Source: Macrostomum lignano (Eukaryota). Taken from it: a stretch of DNA of 64,000 nt. Position numbers and translations under genes: made by a program. Shown here in pieces: positions 25,991-36,518 of the stretch; within the stretch, counting starts at the first letter, position 1, and each line of letters begins with the position of its first letter. The notes below the pieces were generated by a model. It was not told the DNA's origin and searched no databases. It saw only the letters and a list, made by a program, of their open reading frames with translations. The stretch spans positions 248,001 through 312,000 of the forward strand of contig NIVC01000861.1 of the NCBI GenBank assembly GCA_002269645.1, read 5' to 3'.

Positions 25991-26871
25991 AGAGATTTAA
26001 ATTCAATCTGTCCCCTAGGGGTCAAATTGGCTTGGATAATGCCTATAGTACCTATAGTGATGCATTGAGTTTATTCCAGATAATTTCATACAGTTTAAAC
26101 GTCTATCAATGTTATCAATAATGTCTCGATTTATCAACCAATTTCTTTGCGTTTTTGTCGTCGATTCAAATTTAAATTAAAAAAAGAACGATATAATAAG
26201 TAATTATTACTTACTACTTGATTGTGAGTAGGCAGATAAGAATTTTTCGTCAATCTGTGATTAATGTTGATTCAAATGCGCCCACTATGGTGTCCCTGTT
26301 TATTTTGTGTGCGTGTCTTTTGCAATAAATTTTCCAAGCTTTAAAATGGCGTTGATAATAGGCCTAATTAAAATTGATTGTCTTCTAAATGACGTAATTG
26401 ATTACTACTTAACAGTAGCAACAAAAACTTATCCCTTGTTCTTGAGCTTCGTGTGCCTGCGTTGCTCTGTTTCCGGGGGAATTAATTCCCTTGAGTTACG
26501 ATTATGAGTCATTTAAACAAATATAATTAATAGAGAAGTTGTTGCTTCATTGCTGAAATTGTAACGCTTTTGATTTTTTTCTATATAATATTATATAGTC
26601 GAAAACAATCTATATGTGTGTGTATTTATATATTAATAAAATAATAAACATAAACCCGCATCATGCAAGTTCGTTTCTGCCTAATAAATTCCTACCATCC
26701 ATATTAGTTTCGTTTCGTATCTATTGAACGTTTATAAATATCTATATATTTGTCCATTGTGGCTTGTATTCGGTTTATAATTTAATTGAGATCAAAGTAA
26801 GATACTGTGTGTACTTAATTAGTTATTTTGTTTCTCTAGCAGTAGCAGTATTGGCTCTGCTGTACATCTGG

Positions 26872-27398
26872 CACATTCTAGTCACTCTGGCCACTGATTC
26901 TGGTCACTCTGGCCACTGATTCTAGTCACTCTGGCCACTGATTCTAGTCACTCTGGCCACTGATTCTCGTCACTCTGGCCACTGATTCTAGTCAGTCTGG
27001 CTACTAATTCTTGTCACTCTGGTCACTGATTTTAGTCACTCTGGCCACTGATTCTAGTCACTCTGGCCACTGATTCTAGTCACTCTGGTCACTGATTCTA
27101 GTCACTCTGGCTACTGATTCTAGTCACTCTGGCCACTGATTCTAGTCACTCTGGCCACTGATTCTAGTCACTCTGGCCACTGATTCTAGTCACTCTGGTC
27201 ACTGATTCTAGTCACTCTGGCTACTGATTCTAGTCACTCTGGCTACTGATTCTAGTCACTCTAGCCACTGATTCTCGTCACTCTGGTCACTGATTCTTGT
27301 CACTCTGGTCACTGATTCTAGTCACTCTGGTCACTGATTCTAGTCACTCTGATCACTGATTATAGTCACTCTGGCCACTAATTCTAGTCACTCTGACA
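26872..27398. repeat. 22-bp minisatellite (TCTAGTCACTCTGGCCACTGAT)
   Basis: Direct reading. Confidence 0.95.
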
Positions 27399-27786
27399 CC
27401 AACTTACGTGAAAAGAATAACAGGTAATTTGAAAGAGTTTCAATTTATAAAAATATAGAATAATCTAGCTAAATGTATTTATCTGTTAGTACAAAAATTA
27501 TAGAAGCGAGTGCAAAACGATTAACACTATTAATCCTAAATTATGAACTAATTTGCATATTTACTATTATTCGATAATACACTTACGCTCGTATACAACG
27601 CATTTCTATAGGCTTTAAAACAATTCTAAATGTTTTAGTTTTTGCTATAATACTACTTATATTAAGTGCTATAATATATGGATACTTGCAGTAGCTAGAA
27701 CTACATGGAAGATTCGTGTGTCCCTATGTCCGTGTCCAGCGGGTAATTATTAAAGTTCACACAGTCGATTCTGTCATATTAATAAA

Positions 27787-28152
27787 TCATAAGCAACGCC
27801 GTCGGGCCTTGAAGTACCAATCGGGGCATTTGTTATACTTCCACAGGCCGTAGTTGTATCCGCGCAGGTATTCCGAATAATACCTTGGATAAAGTTCGTA
27901 GGGATAATAGTAGTATCTAGGCCAGTAGTAGGGAGGCGGATAGCGACTGTAGCAGCCGATAAAGTCCCGGTGATCAGCGACCCGGTGCTCCAGGTAGTAG
28001 GGCCAATACCGGTAGGAGTAGTAATGCTCAGTGCAACAGTGCGGGTAGCCGCGCATGCTGCATTTGCACCGCTCCTTGGCCACCGAGTGACGGAAGTCAG
28101 TCTCAGTCAACAGGCGATCTAGCGAGGCCGAACGATACAGATTGCTTGTCAT
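27787..28152 (-). CDS. Single-exon 121-aa Tyr/Arg/Pro/Cys-rich protein, unknown family
   Basis: Non-repetitive GC-rich ORF with ATG in AT-rich surroundings, preceded by acceptor-like TTTAAG; 25/121 residues Tyr. Confidence 0.75.
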   Translation of the reverse strand: MTSNLYRSASLDRLLTETDFRHSVAKERCKCSMRGYPHCCTEHYYSYRYWPYYLEHRVADHRDFIGCYSRYPPPYYWPRYYYYPYELYPRYYSEYLRGYNYGLWKYNKCPDWYFKARRRCL

Positions 28153-28560
28153 CTTAAATTCTCTTTGATAGAAGACTGCTGCTGCAGTGTTGGAGCTTTA
28201 GTAAAAGCAGAAGGATCTATTAAAGTATTGTGAGGGGCGACTGCCTTATTAATATACTCTCTGCTGGCGTGCAGTGCAAGACACCCTTAGCTGCCTTTCC
28301 TGCCCTCTCCTCTGTGGTCTTGAGGAGATTCTGCAAACGGGGGGTATGAAAGTTTGAAGCTCTCTGAGAGTTGATAAAACTATGAGCATAATTCTTTTCT
28401 ATATGCTGTAAGCTGTTCATTGCGCCTGCTATATAGATTGCGTAGAGTAGGTAGCCCCGCCTGTCAGTAGGGCATCAAATAAGACTGCAGGGTAAAATGA
28501 TGGAGCATATCAGATTTATTTATTAATTGTACAGTGTTTTTGCACTAGCTGTACAGCTTA

Positions 28561-28913
28561 CTGTAGGCGTTGAAGGGCACGCCCCCACTGCACTGAGGAT
28601 GTCTATGGCCCAAAAGCTGACTCTTGATCGTCCGTGCGAAATCTGCGCTTCACTGGGCTGTGGCGCCCCTTGGTGCTAGCGCCCCGGCCTTGGTGCTACA
28701 AGGCGCCCCTTGGTGCTGCAGGGCGCCCCTTGGTGCTGCATGGCGCCCTTTGGTGCTGCTAGGGCGCCCCTTGGTGCTGCAGGGCGCCCCTTGGTGCTGC
28801 ATGGCGCCCCTTGGTGCTGCTAGGCGCCCCTTGCAGATGCTAGGCGCCCCTTGCAGATGCTAGGCGCCCCTTGCAGATGCTAGGCACTCGATCCTTCAAC
28901 GCTCTGGCTACAG
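28561..28913. repeat. 20-bp GC-rich tandem repeat (GGGCGCCCCTTGGTGCTGCA, ~28660-28890) inside a possible MITE
   Basis: Imperfect inverted ends CTGTAG..GCGTTGAAGG / CCTTCAACGC..CTACAG; no TSD found. Confidence 0.6.
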
Positions 28914-29444
28914 TCCACATTTTAGCTTGTTTTAGCCATACCATTTACCAGAGTTACGTGTACTAATACATGTACATGTAGGCCCAGATAAGTATATGTA
29001 TTTTAAGTCTATTTAATTAAATTAAAAGATTTTATTTTAGCATCGCGTTTATAAACCAACCAAGTAAGTACAAAACACTATCGTAGACCTTTCTGTTCTG
29101 TCTTCTCTGTACTCCTAAGGGCTCGCTTTTTAAGCTCCATTGTTTCTAGGAAATATCAGGTTACACACGCACAGCTGCAGAGGGCAGCTAGCAGTAGTCA
29201 AAGCAGTTAAGGCAAATACAAACTCACTGGATGAAAAACCAGTTAGATCTTTCATTGCTTGAATTGCAGAAACTAAGATGGAGAATAGGAGAGAGAAGTG
29301 GCCCCCCTCTCTGCTGTATTAGCTGTCTCTTTTGCAGTTGTGTGCAGTGTGCGCAAGAGACCCTTGGAATCTTGCATGGCGAAAAGACAAAAAATGATGT
29401 GAATGGCGAAGAGAAGTTCGCCGCAAAACTGCGCTAAATTATGC

Positions 29445-30290
29445 TTTTAAACTTGAAGCACGTGACCATGGTTGTGATAGCAAACAGCTCACAATTCAAG
29501 GGCAGCATTTTCAAGCAAAACCTATGCTTGCCAATTTAATAGATTCTATATTTTTTCTTTATAACATTGGAGCATCAAATACTCGCACAGTTGGAGTTAT
29601 TATATGATATAAATATACTGTTATTATGACAAAACCTAAAATAAATTACGATGGTAAAAATCGATCGCAGCTACTACTGAGTAAGTAAAGTCAGTGTTGT
29701 AAAATGTGTTAGTATGGTATGGGTAATATGGTAGAAAACCGAAAAAGAAAAATGAAGGAGATTATTTCAGAAACTTCTATTTAACGAATGTTTTGACGGC
29801 AAAATAGGTACTGAGAAGAAATGTGCAGACATTTTAAACTGGCAAAGTACTTCATTTATAACAAGAAAACATATCGTTTAACAAATTGATCCTAGCGGTC
29901 CAGAAATAGATAACAAAACTGACAATATTACTAAATTAATTAATAATAGCAACCTGTGTTTAAACACTGAGTCCCCAACCAATCAGAGAGTAATCTCCCC
30001 AACCAATCAGAGAGTCATCTCCCTCAACCAATCAGAGTCATCTCCCCAACCAATCAGAGAGTCATCTCCCCAACCAATCAGAGAGTCATCTCCCCAACCA
30101 ATCAGAGAGTCATCTCCCCAACCAATCAGAGAGTCATCTCCCCAACCAATCAGAGAGTCATCTCCCCAACCAATCAATCAGTAGGACGCATTAATAAAAA
30201 ACACATTACCAGATCAGAGATAAGAGCTTGAGTCGGTCAAAAATGAATTAAACACGGCAATATTGTTAATTAGAATTCTTCTACTGGTCA
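29445..30290 (-). pseudogene. Diverged duplicate of the HIBADH last codons, 3' region and CCAATCAG minisatellite (paralogue of ~50609-52452)
   Basis: Colinear alignment by eye, e.g. TTTTAAACTTGAAGCACGTGACC, GTCAGTGTTGTAAAATGTGTTAG, ACAAGAAAACATATCGTTTAAC, and TTGTTAATTAGA.TT.TTCT.CTGGTC. Confidence 0.9.
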
Positions 30291-30575
30291 GCCGCAAGCA
30301 TCCAGCTGAGCACAGGTTGGCTCGAGTTTCCGCATCTGTTTCTGGCCGCATCCGGGAAGCTGATCAGAGCCGGAAGCTGCTCACTGCAGTCCGTACAGCT
30401 CACCAGTCCGAGTACCTCACCACTAACGGTAAGATTGACTGCTCTGAGTGAACCACAAGAGACTGAGGAGTTCTTTGTCTATACAGTAGGGTTTCTGGAA
30501 TTCAAGTGTAAAGAGTTGTGAAATTTGATTTAATTAGCGAGCCCATTGTTCTGACAGCAGATAAATGGCTACTCC
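30291..30575 (-). pseudogene. Duplicate of part of the last exon and adjacent intron of the 36519-41835 gene (paralogue of ~36668-36955)
   Basis: Near-identical KNSSVSCGSLRAVNLT.SGEVLGLVS.TDCSEQLPALISFPDAA...SQPVLSWML; acceptor retained; in-frame TAG near the exon start. Confidence 0.9.
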
Positions 30576-30779
30576 CTGGAAGAACTTGAAGTTGAAAACC
30601 ACTACCGGTAAGTTAAGAAAAAAAGAAGAGAACCCTCCCACAACAGCAGCTTCTCAAGCAGAACAGCGCCTTGAGAAGTGCTCAAGCCGCACTGCAGCAG
30701 CTTGCCGTGGTCACCAGGAAGAGTTCCAATCTCGAACTTGTGAGTCCGAATCCCATTGACATCAGCTGGAGATTATCCA

Positions 30780-31646
30780 ACCTGAAGCCAGTTGAGAACT
30801 TTTTTGCCTACAGAATGCACAACCGAATGCATGCTTGAAAGCACAGCCGCTCACCAGCAGGGCGCTGACATTTCTGCCAGAAGAATCGGGAAGCTGCAGC
30901 TGTCTACAAAGAAGTTGATCAAAGACCTCGACTGTTGAACTTCTTCGCTGACGAAGAGGCCGAGCCGATGGGAGAGCAGCTGACTGGACAGCGGCATGTT
31001 AATGATTTAGCTAGCGCTACTCCACCAGAACCAACTGCGTCTAGCATCATTTCTACGACTGCATGCATCGTCTAGCAAAGTAGCCGGAAGCCATCGACGA
31101 AAGCTGTGTCGGCAGGAGAGGACGATCGATAAGCTACGGCGCGATCGAAATTGAAGATTCATAGTTTGGAAAGTTCAGCAGCAGCAGCAGCGCCCTCCTT
31201 CGTCTAGTGCAGAGCTCTATGAAGCAGACACATCAATCGAAGCCATGGAATATGTTGCTGGCTATGTGTTAGCAAAAGTGGTGCACTGGATTGCCTGTAT
31301 TGCAGGGAAACTCTGACCGCTCAAACCCCATCTGGAGTTTACGTGGCCAAAAAGCAATACAGTGTCGTTCACACTGGATTGACAGCACCATCGGAAGCAG
31401 TTCTGGAAGGTTTCTGGCTTTTGGAATCCTTTTTGGCTCATTAACGAAGATTATACATTGCTGCAGAATCTCGTGAGCCATTCAATATTGAGACGCTTCC
31501 GACACGCGAATGTGACCTTCCCATCGTGCTTCGTGCGTCAGTTCGCTCGTCTCAGGCTGCATCACTGGTGCCGCTGTGAGGCCAAACCGCTGAAGGATAG
31601 GACAGTGCAATGCTCAGCAAGCAGAAAGATGAGTAAACCCAATTAA
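30780..31646 (+). mobile_element. Degenerate C-terminal part of a P-element/THAP9-like transposase
   Basis: Frameshifted motifs PVENFF, EAMEYVAGYV..K, C..C...L, GLTAPSE, FVRQFARLRLHHW...RKMSK resemble the P/THAP9 transposase C-terminus (QD.LE.FF; YIAGYV; GGL..PS). Confidence 0.65.
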
Positions 31647-31849
31647 CCTTTGTATTTGTAAATAACATTTGTATTTCCTTCTTTGTGTCATTCTTCTTCA
31701 ATTTGTTGATGCACATTTGCTTCTAAGTTCAACTAACTAGCTTAAACTGATGCACAAATGTATCCAAAAAACTCTATAAAGACGCCCAATTGAAACTAGC
31801 TTATTCATGAAATAGGCGAGTGACCCATCTAGTGTTTTTATCTTCCTGA

Positions 31850-32132
31850 TTAGTCATGGCAACATGCACAAGCTCTCTGTCAGGAGCGGCATCCCACCGT
31901 AAAAGTGTACTTCGGTCATGGCGTAGCCTTGGGCAATTATATGCCTCGTCTGTAAAATGCAAGCTGCATCCTTCCACTTCATTTGCCACAGCTTCTCGAG
32001 AGAAATGGCTCGTAACTGCAGCATTGATTGCCATTTCAATGCTATGTATTGATTCTTCGGAAACTGGTGCATGTGAATCGGGATGCCATCTTCGTTTACT
32101 GAGGTACCAGTGCTGGTACAGGTCGCCGCCAA
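31850..32132 (-). pseudogene. Frameshifted THAP domain remnant
   Basis: IHMHQFPKNQYIALKW in one frame continues as INAAV...CSLHFTDEAY...LLRWDAAP in another: HxFP, W, CSxHF and A(V/A)P signature of THAP. Confidence 0.75.
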
Positions 32133-32427
32133 TCTTTGCTTTCGTATTTCAACTCTTCGATATTTGCGAGTACTCGGTCTTCATGCGTTCTTCCTCCGGC
32201 AGCCATTTTGACAATTGTTTTTACTTGTCTAAATGAAAACTAAAATAGTGCACTTTTAAAGGAGGAAAGTTAAAAATATACTCCTTGCTTTCGCTCTGAT
32301 TTCTCATATGAAAGCCATGGTGAACCCCTACTAGTAAGCTGAATTTCGATGCTAGAAACTTTTGTCTATGGCTTAAACCATAGCGCTGACGTGGCAGAAC
32401 AAAAATCAAAGGCTTGCGCGCTCATAT

Positions 32428-33285
32428 CATGGATGAATAAAACCATGGATTGCTCGTCTGCCTTAAATTTAGGGGTGCAATTTTGCCTCGCGAAGCCCCC
32501 GTTCGCACCGATTGGCTACTGAAGATTTCTTAGTTGTCTATGGTAAAAATGTTGTAAGATACAGTGCTTATGAACGGAAAGACGAAAGTCTTCTATATAA
32601 CAATTTTATAGCTAAGTGAAATGCATCTTCGCATTAAATAGTTAATGTTTATACTTGCTCTATAGTGTTATAATATGGAGAGAGACGATTCATGAGTCAT
32701 GAAACAAATCATGAGAGACGATTTGTTTGTAAATATTGTTGAATTACATTCTATTTTTCAAGTATTTCAAGTAGTTTCCATTCGTATTTCGGAACCGCTC
32801 CTGGTCTCAATCTTTTTCTACTCTTACCAGGAGCTTGGCTACCCCGTGGCAAAGTAAGAAAATCTTCGTTCTTGAAATGGAGCTCACATAGGTACTTGTT
32901 AGATTTCGGTGCGAATCCTCGATCTGTTTCAACGTTGGCGAGCCAAATAGCCAGCCTCTGTGCATCTTTGACCGGACATGCAAATAAAGACAGGCCATCG
33001 CAGTTGTTGAAAGTTTTCGAATTCGATGCGCACGATTTGGCCGAACAGCTTCTTTTAATCCTTGCAGCCATCTGCAGGCCACTGCTTGACTGAGGAAATA
33101 CGGACGACAATTTGACAGCTCTCAGGAAGGGTTTACTATCAATAAGCACTGCAGCTTACAACTTTTTTACCATAGACAACTAAGAAATCTTCAGTAGCCA
33201 ATAGGTGCGAACGGGGGCTTCACGAGGCAAAATTGCACCCCTAAATTTAAGGCAGACGAACAATCCATGGTTTTATTCATCCATG
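32428..33285. mobile_element. 858-bp P-element-family non-autonomous element with ~140-bp TIRs
   Basis: 32428-~32570 is the near-perfect reverse complement of ~33143-33285; terminus CATGGATGAATAAAAC resembles the Drosophila P TIR start CATGATGAAATAAC; 8-bp TSD GCTCATAT (32420-32427) / GGTCATAT (33286-33293), one mismatch. Confidence 0.9.
32751..33071 (-). CDS. THAP-domain-only protein (106 aa) encoded inside the mini P element
   Basis: MAARIKRSCSAKSC...LFACP......WLANV....P.SNKYLCELHFKNEDF...RKRLRPGAVP: complete C2CH THAP signature, uninterrupted, stop soon after the AVP box. Confidence 0.85.
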   Translation of the reverse strand: MAARIKRSCSAKSCASNSKTFNNCDGLSLFACPVKDAQRLAIWLANVETDRGFAPKSNKYLCELHFKNEDFLTLPRGSQAPGKSRKRLRPGAVPKYEWKLLEILEK

Positions 33286-33685
33286 GGTCATATGCCCAGA
33301 GGAGAGTAGGCTAGTTATTCAGACATCGAGCGAATTTGCATTAAGTGACCCATCTAGTGTTTTAGTATCTGTGATTTTCAGTAATACCTGCAATATCACG
33401 TAAACAGCGAGTGATCATTACATAGTCCGAAAAACCGGTTCCCATATTTCCAAATATGGTAAATGTCAATTTAAATGCGACCCAAGCTTCACTTCTTTTC
33501 TATTCAAAACCCCACCGGTCAAGGGACAAAGTCCATTTCTTGATTCTTATCAATAAAACAGGTTTGGTACTCAAGGTCGAATAAAATTGTGTATAAATAC
33601 AAGCAAAAATCCGAGCTGAAACCTCAGACTCGGAGCAGCCTTAATAGATCTTGAGCTTAGCCAGAGCAACCAAGCAAGGCCATAT

Positions 33686-33722
33686 CAGGGAAGCCTCTAT
33701 GGTCGCCATAGAGGCTTCCCTG
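33686..33722. other. Perfect 17-bp hairpin with 3-nt loop
   Basis: CAGGGAAGCCTCTATGG-TCG-CCATAGAGGCTTCCCTG. Confidence 0.95.
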
Positions 33723-34049
33723 GCTATATCTCTGAGAGAGACAAACACCAATTGGTAAGCCTTTGTTAGAGTCTTTGTTATTTGATTATTGAGAGCTGTC
33801 ATTGCCGGCCGTTTCTGATCAGTCGAATTTTATTAAGTTATTGAATTTGAGGCCACCCTATTCCTAAGGGACTGGATAGGATCTGCGGACCGATTTCGAT
33901 ACTCTTAGTCGATTATTGATTGATTGATTTTGGTACCCTAGAGTTACCGATAGGAGCACACGACTCCGATTCCATTATTTCTAGAAGGAGAAGCCTTTCT
34001 GGAGGACCCTGGTATTGTTATAGAGTTGACTTTGTTATTAGGGCGCATC

Positions 34050-34852
34050 TCTGCACTCGAGGAATATATTGTCTGCACTCGAGGAATATATTGATTTCTG
34101 CACTCGAGGAATATATTGATTTCTGCACTCGAGGAATATATTGATTTCTGCACTCGAGGAATATATTGATTTCTGCACTCGAGTTATATATTGATTTCTG
34201 CACTCGAGGAATATATTGATTTCTGCACTCGAGGAATATATTGATTTCTGCACTCGAGTTATATATTGATTTCTGCACTCGAGGAATATATTGATTTCTG
34301 CACTCGAGGAATATATTGATTTCTGCACTCGAGGAATATATTGATTTCTGCACTCGAGGAATATATTGATTTCTGCACTCGAGGAATATATTGATTTCTG
34401 CACTCGAGGAATATATTGATTTCTGCACTCGAGGAATATATTGATTTCTGCACTCGAGGAATATATATTGATTTCTGCACTCGAGGAATATATTGATTTC
34501 TGCACTCGAGGAATATATTGATTTCTGCACTCGAGGAATATATTGATTTCTGCACTCGAGGAATATATTGATTTCTGTACTCGAGGAATATATTGATTTC
34601 TGCACTCGAAGAATATATTGATTTCTGTACTCGAGGAATATATTGATTTCTGCACTCGAGGAATATATTGATTTCTGCACTCGAGGAATATATTGTCTGC
34701 ACTCAAGGAATATTTTGTCTGCACTCGAGGAATATATTGATTTCTGCACTCAAGGAATATATTGTCTGCACTCGAGGAATATATTGTCTGCACTCGAGGA
34801 ATATATTGTCTGCACTCGAGGAATATATTGTCTGCACTCGAGGAATATATCG
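34050..34852. repeat. 25-bp minisatellite (TCTGCACTCGAGGAATATATTGATT), ~32 copies
   Basis: Direct reading. Confidence 0.97.
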
Positions 34853-34928
34853 ATTTCAGCTTTCTGCGTACGGCCCATTGGCTCCTGACTGCCATAGACC
34901 AATTCGTTTTTGTCTCGTTTTCGTTTTC

Positions 34929-35363
34929 GTAACACCCTCTGAGAGTAACACCCTCTGAGAGTAACACCCTCTGAGAGTAACACCCTCTGAGAGTAACACC
35001 CTCTGAGAGTAACACCCTCTGAGAGTAACACCCTCTGAGAGTAACACCCTCTGAGAGTAACACCCTCTGAGAGTAACACCCTCTGAGAGTAACACCCTCT
35101 GAGAGTAACACCCTCTGAGAGTAACACCCTCTGAGAGTAACACCCTCTGAGAGTAACACCCTCTGAGAGTAACACCCTCTGAGAGTAACACCCTCTGAGA
35201 GTAACACCCTCTGAGAGTAACACCCTCTGAGAGTAACACCCTCTGAGAGTAACACCCTCTGAGAGTAACACCCTCTGAGAGTAACACCCTCTGAGAGTAA
35301 CACCCTCTGAGAGTAACACCCTCTGAGAGTAACACCCTCTGAGAGTAACACCCTCTGAGAGTA
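34929..35363. repeat. Perfect 16-bp minisatellite (GTAACACCCTCTGAGA), ~27 copies
   Basis: Direct reading, no variants seen. Confidence 0.98.
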
Positions 35364-36518
35364 ATAGGAAGGAACGGGGGTAAGGGATGCTAAAAGTGAA
35401 GATCGAGCGAGACAAAAATAACTGCATGGCTCAGACTCCAAGAGTCTCTTCAGATATCCGTCCGCCAGAGGAGGTAGATGTGAACATCAATGGCTGGGAA
35501 AGAGGCCATACCACACCTCATACTGCACAGATAGTTCACCACGCAATTTTGTGCAGCAGCCCCGGCTACATGTAGCTCTGCGATTAGCTTAATTATCGAT
35601 GACACGTAGTTATCAGATTGCTTAATTCCCAAAAAGTTTTGCAGGATTCTTCAAGTAACTTTTGCCAATAAACCTTACATATAGTTTTTATGTGCAATAA
35701 ATGCATGCACACTCGTAACTTTTTGTCACAAACGTCAGTTTCGCAAAAAGGTTAGGATGCAATGGTCGATTTGTATGAAACATTCAGCCAAGTTAAAATA
35801 GCAATTAAAAATCATTTGGGCTCATCGTCTGGCTTTTGTTCAACTCAGCTTCATTTAAATACTAAACAAGTGAATTTTAATGTACTGGCCAAGTAAGATG
35901 TCAATATTCCACACGTATTTCACGCGAATCTACTCGTAGATTTATACGAGTACTATGATGAATTAACAAAGCAGTAAATGAATTTTACGAGAAAATTAAT
36001 TGAATCTACAGAAAGTTTTTATGTATTTAATGTCCGATATTTACAGCGTATTTATACAGAAGAGTAAATACTCTGCAACAGTAACAGCCTCGGATTCTGA
36101 TCGCCAGTTTTAAAACAGCGCCCTCTCATTCTTAGTAGGAAAGCAAAGTCTTTTATGAGGCAGCAACAACCCAAAGTACGGTGTTTGTTGGATCTTCCAA
36201 TAAAGAAATAAAACTGGATTTCCAGCTAGCAGACTCCAAAATTTTCACTAATTTTGTCTCTGTAGCTAGCTCTGTTATTAGCTGATCAAGCGATATTAGA
36301 TTAGCGGGGCAAAATGCTTAAAGCTGTTTTATGCTTGTGTTGCACCCTTGGCCAGGTTGCCAGGAAGAGATGCTGGGTGCTGTGACACTCTGTTCACATG
36401 ACGTCTAAGGCGCATCACCCGTTACACCAGAGATATTTTAGAGTCGGATTGGCATACCTTCTCAAACCCTCCTCCTTTTTCAACTGGGCTTGGGACCGTC
36501 TTTGGCGGAGTTCCTGCT

